A stretch of DNA of 11,474 nucleotides from Candidatus Thorarchaeota archaeon (GCA_048882385.1 JBHLRQ010000094.1:1-11474); one strand, 5' to 3'. Numbered from the stretch's first letter, positions 1-8,999 are shown. The notes: generated by a model from the sequence alone, not told the origin. Made by a program: numbers and translations.

Positions 1-381
1 GATCCGAATAGAGAAACCATAGACGATTTAGAAACCCTCTTTGCTAAGAGAACTGAACCCAAAGAAGTTCCATCCGACTGGGAAATTGTCCACACAATGC
101 TTGCAGATGGAAAGTATGCTTTTCGAAACGATAACTGCGTTTTTCTTAATGCCATAGGAGAAGACCTGCCTGATTCTGAGCTAAAATACTACGTCTGTTG
201 CTATGGTGATTATGAGAAGTTCAGGAATTACCATGATAGTGTAATCCTAACAATGGAACACACAATTGCCCAAGGGGATCCATACTGTTCTCGTGTACTT
301 CATGACACTCGGGTTGACTGGAATCTACAACACCCTCCGAAGAGCTTCTGGGACAGCATGGAACCTGATAATGAACATTAA
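1..381 (+). CDS. 5'-truncated L-2-amino-thiazoline-4-carboxylic acid (ATC) hydrolase-like protein
   Basis: The frame is open from base 1 (DPNRETIDDLETLFAKR...) into the 97..381 ORF, so the gene starts outside the window. The Cys pattern NCVF...VCCYGD...TMEHTIAQGDPYC resembles the family's 'TxAxGxxxC' C-terminal motif. Confidence 0.6.
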   Translation, partial: DPNRETIDDLETLFAKRTEPKEVPSDWEIVHTMLADGKYAFRNDNCVFLNAIGEDLPDSELKYYVCCYGDYEKFRNYHDSVILTMEHTIAQGDPYCSRVLHDTRVDWNLQHPPKSFWDSMEPDNEH

Positions 382-463
382 AACATCTTTGTTCCTTTAT
401 ACATAACATAATTTTCAAATTGCTATCGAGCCCAAAGTTGTCTATCGTTAAATTGTATTAGAA

Positions 464-895
464 GTGTGGCACATGACATCATTAGATGATTTTCACATTA
501 AAGTCGATATTCCCATTGCTTGGGGCGACATGGACGCTTTCAAACATGTAAACAATACACTATTTTTCAGATACTTTGAAACTGCCCGTATAAGATACTT
601 TGAGGAAGCCGGGTTCCTTGAAACCATGGAGAAGAACTCTATTGGTCCAATCTTGGGTAGCATCTCAGCCAAATTTATCAAACCCCTGTTTTATCCTGAT
701 ACAGTAACTGTAGGTGCTCGAGTAACTTCTATTGAACCAACCCAATTCATGATGGAATATATTATCGAGAGTAAGTCCAAGGGAATCGCTGCCATCGGTG
801 AATCTAGAATGGTGGTATATGATTACAAGTCTTCAAAGAGAACAAACCTTCCTGAATCCGTCAGAAACAAGATCAGAGAGATTGATTCTATTTAG
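464..895 (+). CDS. Acyl-CoA thioesterase (hotdog fold, 4HBT/YbgC/FadM family)
   Basis: Motif WGDMDAFKHVNNTLFFRYFETAR and FIKPLFYPD; ~140 aa. ATG at 473 is an alternative start. Confidence 0.92.
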   Translation: MWHMTSLDDFHIKVDIPIAWGDMDAFKHVNNTLFFRYFETARIRYFEEAGFLETMEKNSIGPILGSISAKFIKPLFYPDTVTVGARVTSIEPTQFMMEYIIESKSKGIAAIGESRMVVYDYKSSKRTNLPESVRNKIREIDSI

Positions 896-905
896 AACGA
901 GAAAG

Positions 906-937
906 TGGCGCCCCCGCCGGGACTTGAATCCGGGTCT
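906..937 (-). repeat. tRNA-Asp 3'-end fragment, copy 1 (att-like)
   Basis: Minus strand reads AGACCCGGATTCAAGTCCCGGCGGGGGCGCCA, 29/32 identical to tRNA bases 3858-3889. It overlaps the TAG stop of the methyltransferase. Confidence 0.92.
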
Positions 938-1772
938 ATGGCACTTCTCCAATTCCTAAGAACATGCTAACCATCAAGAATCTACCAGGATGATTAAGAA
1001 ACTCATCCAACTCTTTGTAAACCTTATCACTTTCTTCAGAAGTGATGATGCCTTGTTCAATCAAAAGATCCTTTATTTGTTCGTAACTCTGTTTTAAATT
1101 AGAAATATACGCTTCTAGAGCTTCTGCATTATCTCTCGTCATAACGGCCGGAAGTGGAATGATTCTAATCGACTTCAGTTCTGCTTGTTGGAATATGTCA
1201 TATAGCTGTTTTCCAATGTGTCGATTGACATTTTTTGTTTTCATCCATTCAATAGATTTCATTCTAAGTTCTGTTGACTTCGGAGTTGGTGGATAGATTA
1301 GCATTACATCATCATCAGTATCTGACACCGCAACAATTCCCCCGCTTTTTGTCACACGTCGTAGCTCAGATACTACCTTAACAGGATTTTGAACATGCAT
1401 TAAGACAAGTCTACAATATGATAAATCGAACATGGAATCGGAGAATCGGAGGTCTGTGACATCCCCCACCTCAAACTGAATATTCTCAATCTCTTCTTTG
1501 GCTGCAAATTCCTTAGCCTTTGTTATAAAGAATTCATCAAGATCAACTCCAACCACGTTCGAAGGTGCAACTCTTTTGGCAATTCTTCTTGTAACTGCAC
1601 CTGTTCCGCAACCAGCATCAAGGATTTTTAATCCTGAAGCAATCTGCAATATATCAAACTCATTGCTTAGGTGTTCTTCATCCTCATCTGCTTGAAATTC
1701 AAGACGAGTTACTTCCTCTTCCGTACCTTCATGCACATAACCTGTTCTTTCGTTCATCTCCAATCTCTCCAC
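936..1772 (-). CDS. Class I SAM-dependent methyltransferase (UbiE/Methyltransf_11/31-like)
   Basis: Motif I ILDAGCGTG, then VVGVDLD, GDVTDLRFSDSMFDL and LRRVTKSGG. Confidence 0.93.
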   Translation of the reverse strand: MERLEMNERTGYVHEGTEEEVTRLEFQADEDEEHLSNEFDILQIASGLKILDAGCGTGAVTRRIAKRVAPSNVVGVDLDEFFITKAKEFAAKEEIENIQFEVGDVTDLRFSDSMFDLSYCRLVLMHVQNPVKVVSELRRVTKSGGIVAVSDTDDDVMLIYPPTPKSTELRMKSIEWMKTKNVNRHIGKQLYDIFQQAELKSIRIIPLPAVMTRDNAEALEAYISNLKQSYEQIKDLLIEQGIITSEESDKVYKELDEFLNHPGRFLMVSMFLGIGEVP

Positions 1773-1863
1773 AATTATTTAGCACTCGGTTGAAACAAAC
1801 TGTTCGCTGACTAATGACCATTTTGGAATTCAAGTGTTTAGTGAAAAAAGTCATGAAGAGAAG

Positions 1864-1894
1864 TGGCGCCCCCGCCGGAACTTGAACCCAGGTC
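1864..1894 (-). repeat. tRNA-Asp 3'-end fragment, copy 2 (att-like)
   Basis: Minus strand reads GACCTGGGTTCAAGTTCCGGCGGGGGCGCCA, 27/31 identical to tRNA bases 3859-3889. It overlaps the TGA stop of the LRR gene. Confidence 0.9.
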
Positions 1895-3344
1895 ATTCGT
1901 ATATGTACTCAAGCATTGTTATGTACTTCCAATCAGTTTCAATATCATTCAAATGCTGCCGTATTTGATCGATTTCATTCTTTGTCAAAGTGTATCTTTT
2001 TCTCGTTTGATTCCTAGGGAGTACAAATCCTCTTTCTTCAAACGCTTGTTGACCATAAACAGTATCCAACAATGAATGAATGTAGTAGTTATCACCAAGT
2101 CTGTTGTCTTTTGAATACTGGATGAACACGACATCTCGTATCTCTTTGACACGTATCTCTTGTATCCTTGGAATGAACTGATCAAACATTGATTTATCTG
2201 ATATAATCTTCTCAATATCAAACCCTTTTGTACTGTGTTCACCATCAAGATACCGAGCTACCATATCTACAATGTTTTCATCTAGACGTTCCTTGACAAT
2301 CTTTGTATTTGGTCTTCTCCTGTTGGTGGGTTCAACTAATCGTAATAGGTCCGTGGGAATAACACAACGAGAGATATCAATTTGATACCTGTCTCTCTCA
2401 ATACCGCATGCCTTCAAGATGTACCTATTAAGACCAAGCCAGTAGATTGGTGCGAAGAATGACGCATACTCTTGTAGTATAACATAGGTAGTCTTCCAAT
2501 CCTCTTTTGGCAACTTGGCATATACAATATCACTCTGTGTTTCATTAACACGAAGCCATGTTTTCCCACATTCTTGTGAAACCAAAATAGGCAGACTAAT
2601 CCGACGAAATCCTCCACTGTCAAACATCTTAATCGTATTTTTGAAGACCAAGAGATTTGGCAAGCTTAGTAATGGAGTACAGTCCATTGGAGGTACAACA
2701 CTAAAGTCTGGAGGTTCATGAATCCAGCGAAACACGTCTGCATGATGTTCTATTGAGAGATGCACCAATTCCTGTAGATGCACAAGCGGTGTAAGGTCAA
2801 TAGAATCATCATTTGTAGAAATTGCTAGGCCTCGTAATCCCTTGCACTTACTAATGATCAATATATCGGGATGAAATAAATCTGGATTAAATCTACCACT
2901 CACAATCCTAAGAAACCGCAACGATTTACAGTCGCCAATATTATCCATTCTGATATTTCTGAGACTCTTATTGTCAACTATATGTATGCCCCTAATTCTT
3001 GGAGCTTCTAGCAAAATTCGCATATCAATCTCTTCAATCTCTGGATTTTGTGCAATCCTCATGTATTCAAGAGATGCACACTCATTGACAGAAGTCATGT
3101 CTATTTCTTTATAGGAACCGCCTCGTATCATGATTCTTTTCAAGTTTGAAAGACGAAACAAAAAATCCAGAGAAAGATGTTCTTTGAAATTAGTATTTAG
3201 ATGAATAATCAGGTTTTCAAATTCTTTCTCATCTAATAGTGATAATTCGGACTCCAGTTGAGCCATCGTGTATATGAATTTGATTTCAACAGTTTTACCC
3301 CTCTGTATATGTTCAGGAGAGGGATCCTTTCTCCTACCGACCAT
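1893..3344 (-). CDS. Leucine-rich repeat protein with uncharacterised C-terminal region
   Basis: N-terminal half has degenerate LRRs (LSNLKRIMI, CASLEYMRIAQN, CKSLRFLRI, IDLTPLVHLQELVHLSI, MDCTPLLSLPNL). Start codon uncertain. Confidence 0.75.
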   Translation of the reverse strand: MVGRRKDPSPEHIQRGKTVEIKFIYTMAQLESELSLLDEKEFENLIIHLNTNFKEHLSLDFLFRLSNLKRIMIRGGSYKEIDMTSVNECASLEYMRIAQNPEIEEIDMRILLEAPRIRGIHIVDNKSLRNIRMDNIGDCKSLRFLRIVSGRFNPDLFHPDILIISKCKGLRGLAISTNDDSIDLTPLVHLQELVHLSIEHHADVFRWIHEPPDFSVVPPMDCTPLLSLPNLLVFKNTIKMFDSGGFRRISLPILVSQECGKTWLRVNETQSDIVYAKLPKEDWKTTYVILQEYASFFAPIYWLGLNRYILKACGIERDRYQIDISRCVIPTDLLRLVEPTNRRRPNTKIVKERLDENIVDMVARYLDGEHSTKGFDIEKIISDKSMFDQFIPRIQEIRVKEIRDVVFIQYSKDNRLGDNYYIHSLLDTVYGQQAFEERGFVLPRNQTRKRYTLTKNEIDQIRQHLNDIETDWKYITMLEYIYE

Positions 3345-3477
3345 AAGTAGGTCTAGTCATAATCCCTATAATATCATCTGATAGTCAATGTGTGGTGTTT
3401 TGAACAAGATGTTACATTCGAAAAGCAATCAAGTGGAAAATGAATAGTGTGAGAATGATGATTGCACTGAGAGAAAG

Positions 3478-3509
3478 TGGCGCCCCCGCCGGGACTTGAA
3501 CCCGGGTCT
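3478..3509 (-). repeat. tRNA-Asp 3'-end fragment, copy 3 (att-like)
   Basis: Minus strand reads AGACCCGGGTTCAAGTCCCGGCGGGGGCGCCA, 30/32 identical to tRNA bases 3858-3889, followed by CTTTCTC. Confidence 0.92.
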
Positions 3510-3513
3510 GATT

Positions 3514-3720
3514 ATGCCTATTGATTAGTCCCCTAGTGAAACTATACTTAGTAATAGGGCTGCAGATATTCATGGACAGTACTCGAAGATTAGATGTGCA
3601 TTAGCATTTCCACCCAACCATCCACAGAAATCAAGCCGAAGTGAGAATTTCCTTCGCTCTCAGAATCTGGATGATGTAATGATGATTGGAGAACAGTTGA
3701 AGAATGAAGGAATTCTCTAG
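3514..3720 (+). pseudogene. Possible gene remnant next to repeat copy 3
   Basis: ATG at 3514, in-frame TAG at 3526, then 63 open codons (SPSETILSNRAADIHGQYSKIRCALAFPPNHPQ...EQLKNEGIL) to TAG at 3718-3720. No family recognised. Confidence 0.25.
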
Positions 3721-3744
3721 ATTATGATGTTCTCGACCGATGAG

Positions 3745-3751
3745 TTTAATA
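3745..3751 (+). promoter_or_regulatory. Putative TATA box of the tRNA-Asp gene
   Basis: TTTAATA lies 31-37 nt upstream of the tRNA 5' end. Confidence 0.5.
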
Positions 3752-3781
3752 GAAAATCGACTTTGCTCCAACCGAACCGCA

Positions 3782-3889
3782 GCCCCTGTAGTGTAGTACG
3801 GTCAATGCTGTAAATGTTCTACAGTATCCGGATTAGCATTCAAGACTGTCACTCTTGAGACCCGGGTTCGAATCCCGGCGGGGGCGCCA
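3782..3889 (+). tRNA. tRNA-Asp(GTC) with ~30-nt D-loop intron and encoded CCA
   Basis: Acceptor stem GCCCCTG/CGGGGGC, discriminator G plus CCA, anticodon arm CAAGA-CT GTC AC-TCTTG (anticodon 3848-3850), T arm CCGGG-TTCGAAT-CCCGG. Mature length is about 78 nt after intron removal. Confidence 0.95.
3804..3833 (+). other. Non-canonical (D-loop) tRNA intron with relaxed bulge-helix-bulge motif
   Basis: 8-bp helix ATGCTGTA(3805-3812)/TACAGTAT(3820-3827), central helix ACGG/CCGG (3 of 4 pairs), 3-nt bulges TCA and ATT. Removal restores ...CGGTCTAGCAT. Boundaries may be off by 1 nt. Confidence 0.8.
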
Positions 3890-3895
3890 CTTTTT
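3890..3895 (+). terminator. Oligo-T archaeal terminator of tRNA-Asp
   Basis: CTTTTT immediately follows the CCA. Confidence 0.55.
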
Positions 3896-3905
3896 GACTC
3901 ATGTA

Positions 3906-6900
3906 CTAGTAATAATCAATTACCACTCCCTTGTTTTCAAACGCATCTTCTACCTCTCTCAAGATAGATTCTATTGTATCCTTGCTTACCTTACGATCTC
4001 TTAGATTGAGCTTGACTTCTTGCTTGATGAAGTCAAAAGATATCGATTGGTTCTTTGCAATTTCAGATGATACTGATACTACTATCACCTCCTCAAAGTC
4101 AGTTTCGTCATCTACATTGCACAGATGTGCAATCGCATCCAAAGATCTCTGACGTGAAGATTCCTCCACATGTACTCTGACAAACCTAAGTTCTGGTGCT
4201 GAATCATCAATTTCGAACACTTCGTCATCAATCAGTTTTGACTCTTCCAATTCAGCTGATTCAAGTTCGTCTATTTCCCCAATTATCGAGTTTTGAATTC
4301 GTGGATAATCAGAGAGGAGATGAACCACTCTAAGACTGACAAGAGCCTTTGAATCAATCGTGACATCACACCTTTTCCCGGAATCCGAGTCCACAAGTTG
4401 TCTAGACTCTGCCAATAGAGCTATATCGAATATCCCCATGTCCTCCATCTCAAGACCAATCAGATGTCCTCTTCCCTGTAGTCCATCCAGCTGGATCTTG
4501 AGACACTTCTTGTAACCTCGGTCCTTTCGTTGTTCATCGACTATTATTCTCAGAGTTATGTCTTCACCAGCTTTGGTCATCAAGAAGTCCTCACAGGTCA
4601 GAGGTAATTTGTAGCTGTCTGAATAGAACGAGTATCTGTGGATGAGTGGCTTGAACACTGACAAGTGATAGAAGTCATACTTCCCATCTCTGTTCTTGAG
4701 TTTCACTTCATCATACTCGATGTCTTTCTGAGCATCCCACTTGAGGTATGTGCCGTCTGCAGTCGAAAAGTACTCTCCAATTCTCTGGGGGTATCTGAGG
4801 AATCTGATCACCTCATCAGTATACTGAGTTTCCTTCTTTGCTATGGTCTTTGAGCCTTCATTCAGGTCAATCCTGTAGACCTTTTTTTCAGGGTCAAGGG
4901 TAAGGAAACATGAAACCTCTCTTACCACACCGCTCCACTCAGCAGCCTCTTTTAGCACTTCGTCACACTCTGTTTCGATATCAGAGTAAAAGGAACTTGG
5001 CTTGTACATGTTCAAGGCTACAAGAGTTCCGGGTGACGGTTGTGACAGTCTGATCCAACGTACAGGTTGATTCTGCCCCTTTGGAGGATTTCCGTACTCC
5101 AACAGACCATTCTGAACCCATTCTTCCTCGCCCTTTGTGTAGAGCACGTGTTGTTTGTTCATAAAAACAAGAACAATCGGATATTCCACCCACCCCTCTC
5201 TTGACAAGGCACTTTTTGCACTCTTCGAGAGTTTTTGAGGATCTATCTCACCTCTATACCACCCATAGCGAAGAATGGCACTCATCTGCTCCTCCAACAA
5301 CGCACCAAATATAGTCTTCTTGATTGAAGAAAACAATAGCCAGATACTGCCACCATCACTCTTCTCTTGAAAGAGCAATAGTCCGTGTTGTTCAGGAAAT
5401 CTTGTGGTTGTTTGCGAAGTTGTCTTCTTCATCTGTTTTGCCCTCCATGTGAGATTTGAGTGGATTGCTTGAAAGTCATACCTGTGTTCGAATTCTCCGT
5501 CATCCTGTTGCCTGAAACCAATCTGATAGAGCTGCCATCGTGCAACTGATGACCATAGATTGTTACAATGAGGGGACTCTGCATCTCTTAGGACTCTAGT
5601 TGCTACATCAAGTACTCCAAGAAAGAGATTCATTCCATAGAGATCCATGAGTTCAGGATTATGACCCAATGCTTGTTTCAATGTCCTCAGGTCATCAGAG
5701 TTCAATAGGTTTCCAAGATTCAACCTGTCATTGAGGAGAAGTGTCCAGAGACGCTGAGTTTCAGTTCTGCGAAGAATGGCCTCCCTGACTTGAGTGAGAA
5801 TTTCCAGTAGATTCTCCTCAGTAATAGTTTCGTTGTTGTCATAAGTACAGAGTGAAACGATCTTTCTGTAGAGAGAGCGATAGGAAGTTGGTCTCTTACT
5901 GAGGAACTCAGCAGCGTATGACAACCGTAGGACTTCTCTTCGTCTGGTATCAATCGTATCGATATGAGATGATTCAGATGAATAAGTAAAAGCTGGTCTT
6001 CGGGTGATTGTTACTGATTCTTCTTCCTCTTCGTCAGTTTCTTTATGAATCCACCCTCGTGTGATGGACTTTGCCTCAACATAGATCCCCTCATGACCAG
6101 TTCCTATTCGGTTTGGATGCGGTGGCTCTCTATTCACATCAAGATGCAGTCTGCTTGATAGACTTGGTTGAACACTGTTTGCATTGACACTGTGAAAGGT
6201 CGTTGACCAATCAACATTATGTTTATTGACCAGACTCAGTGGTTGTCCATCTCTAGGTCTGAGAAGACTTGGAATCAGGATGAATGCATGCTTTGTAATT
6301 TCTTCCAAGGAGATCATGTCAATAGTGTCAGAACGCACCTGGATGGATGAACTTCGAAAAGACCGTCCATGCATGTTTTTATGTTGATTCAGATCACCAG
6401 TTTGCCTCTCGATTTTGACAATAGGACTTCTAACGGAAGCCTTGCTGAACTTGCGGCTCAGACCCTTGAGATGCGGTACATGGATGACCGTGGACCATGG
6501 ATCTTGTTTTGTTGGTAGGTCCTGAATGATCACTCGACTGTCCTCATACTCCGGGATCTGCCACCCCATCTTTCGAGGAGCTGTGGGCACATTCCATAGA
6601 ACCTCGTCAATGACTTGTTTCCTGGGAGATTTGTAGTAGAATGGACTTGGACTGTTCCGTTGATAGAGCTCGGAAACCTGTGGAAGGTCAACTCCTGTAT
6701 CAGTCCAGATCACCTCGTTCATGAGATTCTTTACAATCTGAAGCAGTGAAAGTTCAAGCACCTGTAGATTGTTCCTATGAGTCATAGGAGTCATATTCTC
6801 CAAGTCCGACCAGCCATCCACAACTGCAATTCGATTCTCTGACTCAGATTGAAGAGCTGCAGTGATTGCAGACTTCGCTTTCTCGATTCCTGATTGTTTC

Positions 6901-8999
6901 CCGTTGATGAGAAATCCATCAATATCATTTCTAAGACTGACAAAGGTGACTCTTTCTAACAGTCTTCTCAGTCTTGCATATTCTGGATTCGTAATCAGCT
7001 TGTTCTTCTTTAGATCCTCAAGTCCAAATCGTTTCTCTATCAGTTTCTTTGTTGGAAAATCACCGATTAGATCAATCCAAGTCAAAGAAGTTTCTGTGTT
7101 TGCAACCTGTTCAAGCTCTGCAAGGTGGTTCAAGAGATGCCAGTTCTTGGCAAACCATGTTGCACTCTTGCCAAATGATGTTGGAGATGATAGTGAAATG
7201 TACTGAGTGAAGAAGGTGTCATCCTCCACTCTATCTACAAAGGGGTCTTCGAATAGAACATCTTTGAGGGGATTGATACGTTTTAGTACATCCACAGGAC
7301 CTTGTGCTGGAGTCATTGTAACGGCTACTCGAGGAGCTATCTGTTCTGTAGACTTGTCTTTGAATTTGAGTGACTTCCACTGTCCCTTGAATTCTCCTTT
7401 CATTATTCGATTAGCCAGGTCGGAGATGATGTAATCGAACGCTCGCTTTGTGTCTTCGTAGTCTTGAGAAACATCAAGTGTGACCACTCCCTTCCAGAGT
7501 TCTTTGAAAGCAATAGTTTCACCGATGATTGAATGGTACTCTGATAACAGGGCATTCTCATATGCATCTATCTGGTCAAGATGGATTTTAGGGGGCTTTG
7601 AACCAAGTGTTTCACCCCATTCTGATGTCTTGAGAGGTTCTTTCCAAGCGTTCAAGACTGGTGTGAAGACATTGGATTTTTTCGTACGAGGACGTTTTCC
7701 AAATAGGTTGAAGTCGAATCCAGTCTTGGTCTTCACCTCAAGAATCATGATGGGCGCCCAGATATGGCTACCACGCCAACGAATACGAACAAAAAGGACA
7801 AGGTCTATCTTTCCTGATTCTTGAGTTCCAGTGACTGGAACTTCAGCAAAATACTGAAACCCAGAAGGAGTCTGAAGGAGATGGTCTCCAGCAAAGATAG
7901 CCTCTTTGAGTGAGTGAGGTTGAGGATATCCAGAAAGCAACACTCTGTGCCAGTTGTTCCCTTCTAGTTGTACGCTCCTCATGATGTTTTCAAGGAACGT
8001 TTCCACTTCTCTGTGTGTGACGATTCTTCTCTCAATGTGCTGAAGAATTATCCTACATTTCTTCTTGGTTTTTCTGTCTTCTGAGTTTTCTTGTATTGCT
8101 TCAACCTGTTCTTTGAGAGCATCTATTCCAAAACCTTGAGGAACATCTTCGACCGGTTTACTCATTCTCTCTCTAGTCCCAATGTGTCTGCTGTAGTTGT
8201 TCCTGATTTCAAGTACAATCTTTCTCAATTCCCTGTCTGCGCCGGGGGAGAAATCCTTGCGACCTGTCTTTCCTCGTGTGTACACCCAATCGAGAAATGG
8301 GGTCAGTCTATGAATCAACAGTCTAATGTATCGATGTGACTCAGTTCGAGGTACACAATGGATGAAGCATTGTCGACAGAGCTCAATGAGATGAGCTCGT
8401 AGCATATCTCCAAAGTCCATGGCTGGTAGTGTAGGATGTGTAAGTAACACTCGAGGATTCTTAGAGTTGCCTCGATATCCCGCTTTCAAGTGAGTCTTCA
8501 CCCCAAGTGCTGCTGGGACCTTGGCCGCTACATCTTTTGGAATGACTTGCTCTGTTCCATCTGGATATTCTCGGATCTCGTAGAGCTGTGGGGTTGGGAA
8601 TGTATAACGTGGAACAACGATATCTCGTAGTGTTGCTCCAGCATAATTCAGTAGACTATTGAGTTCTCCAATGGTGCCCTCTTTCCAGCTGTATACTCGC
8701 CTCCTCTCTTTGTTGCCGTATCGTTTCGTGCTAAGCCAGAGCATACGTAGATTCAGCTTTCTGAGGTGGGATTCTATCTTCTGAACTTTAGAGAAATCAT
8801 GCGGGCGGCTTGATCCGTCCATTTTCTTATTCACTTGGATAGATTTCCATTTGTTTCTAATTTTTTCAAAGATTTCTTCTGTCTGTCTATTCTTTCGTCT
8901 ATTTGCTAACCAGACTAGAGCTGATAATCCTGAATAAAGTGCAGTAGCTAGAACTACATTCGGTCTGAATTCCTGAGTTCTTCTCCCCAAATAGGACAC
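3906..8999 (-). CDS. Large multidomain protein: PD-(D/E)XK nuclease domain + degenerate P-loop NTPase-like domain + long unknown C-terminal region
   Basis: 1697-aa uninterrupted ORF. Nuclease motifs E386, GKID399, ILE421VK423 and Q476IDAY480 (RecB/Cas4-like QxxxY). Walker A-like SSPTSFGK611S and Walker B-like RIAVVD728G. The true start may be ATG at 8822 (MDGSS). Confidence 0.8.
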   Translation of the reverse strand: MSYLGRRTQEFRPNVVLATALYSGLSALVWLANRRKNRQTEEIFEKIRNKWKSIQVNKKMDGSSRPHDFSKVQKIESHLRKLNLRMLWLSTKRYGNKERRRVYSWKEGTIGELNSLLNYAGATLRDIVVPRYTFPTPQLYEIREYPDGTEQVIPKDVAAKVPAALGVKTHLKAGYRGNSKNPRVLLTHPTLPAMDFGDMLRAHLIELCRQCFIHCVPRTESHRYIRLLIHRLTPFLDWVYTRGKTGRKDFSPGADRELRKIVLEIRNNYSRHIGTRERMSKPVEDVPQGFGIDALKEQVEAIQENSEDRKTKKKCRIILQHIERRIVTHREVETFLENIMRSVQLEGNNWHRVLLSGYPQPHSLKEAIFAGDHLLQTPSGFQYFAEVPVTGTQESGKIDLVLFVRIRWRGSHIWAPIMILEVKTKTGFDFNLFGKRPRTKKSNVFTPVLNAWKEPLKTSEWGETLGSKPPKIHLDQIDAYENALLSEYHSIIGETIAFKELWKGVVTLDVSQDYEDTKRAFDYIISDLANRIMKGEFKGQWKSLKFKDKSTEQIAPRVAVTMTPAQGPVDVLKRINPLKDVLFEDPFVDRVEDDTFFTQYISLSSPTSFGKSATWFAKNWHLLNHLAELEQVANTETSLTWIDLIGDFPTKKLIEKRFGLEDLKKNKLITNPEYARLRRLLERVTFVSLRNDIDGFLINGKQSGIEKAKSAITAALQSESENRIAVVDGWSDLENMTPMTHRNNLQVLELSLLQIVKNLMNEVIWTDTGVDLPQVSELYQRNSPSPFYYKSPRKQVIDEVLWNVPTAPRKMGWQIPEYEDSRVIIQDLPTKQDPWSTVIHVPHLKGLSRKFSKASVRSPIVKIERQTGDLNQHKNMHGRSFRSSSIQVRSDTIDMISLEEITKHAFILIPSLLRPRDGQPLSLVNKHNVDWSTTFHSVNANSVQPSLSSRLHLDVNREPPHPNRIGTGHEGIYVEAKSITRGWIHKETDEEEEESVTITRRPAFTYSSESSHIDTIDTRRREVLRLSYAAEFLSKRPTSYRSLYRKIVSLCTYDNNETITEENLLEILTQVREAILRRTETQRLWTLLLNDRLNLGNLLNSDDLRTLKQALGHNPELMDLYGMNLFLGVLDVATRVLRDAESPHCNNLWSSVARWQLYQIGFRQQDDGEFEHRYDFQAIHSNLTWRAKQMKKTTSQTTTRFPEQHGLLLFQEKSDGGSIWLLFSSIKKTIFGALLEEQMSAILRYGWYRGEIDPQKLSKSAKSALSREGWVEYPIVLVFMNKQHVLYTKGEEEWVQNGLLEYGNPPKGQNQPVRWIRLSQPSPGTLVALNMYKPSSFYSDIETECDEVLKEAAEWSGVVREVSCFLTLDPEKKVYRIDLNEGSKTIAKKETQYTDEVIRFLRYPQRIGEYFSTADGTYLKWDAQKDIEYDEVKLKNRDGKYDFYHLSVFKPLIHRYSFYSDSYKLPLTCEDFLMTKAGEDITLRIIVDEQRKDRGYKKCLKIQLDGLQGRGHLIGLEMEDMGIFDIALLAESRQLVDSDSGKRCDVTIDSKALVSLRVVHLLSDYPRIQNSIIGEIDELESAELEESKLIDDEVFEIDDSAPELRFVRVHVEESSRQRSLDAIAHLCNVDDETDFEEVIVVSVSSEIAKNQSISFDFIKQEVKLNLRDRKVSKDTIESILREVEDAFENKGVVIDYY

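Noticed and set aside
1863-2075. 70-aa ORF starting MAPPPELEP
   Set aside because: It is the antisense reading of the tRNA fragment and the LRR gene end, a typical shadow ORF.
3510-3563. Copy 3 as a complete, decayed minus-strand tRNA (GCAGCCCTATTACTAAGTA weakly resembles the tRNA 5' end at about the right distance)
   Set aside because: Only about 14/21 matches with a gap. No D or anticodon stem can be formed, and the region also reads as a plus-strand ORF remnant. Unresolved and not called.
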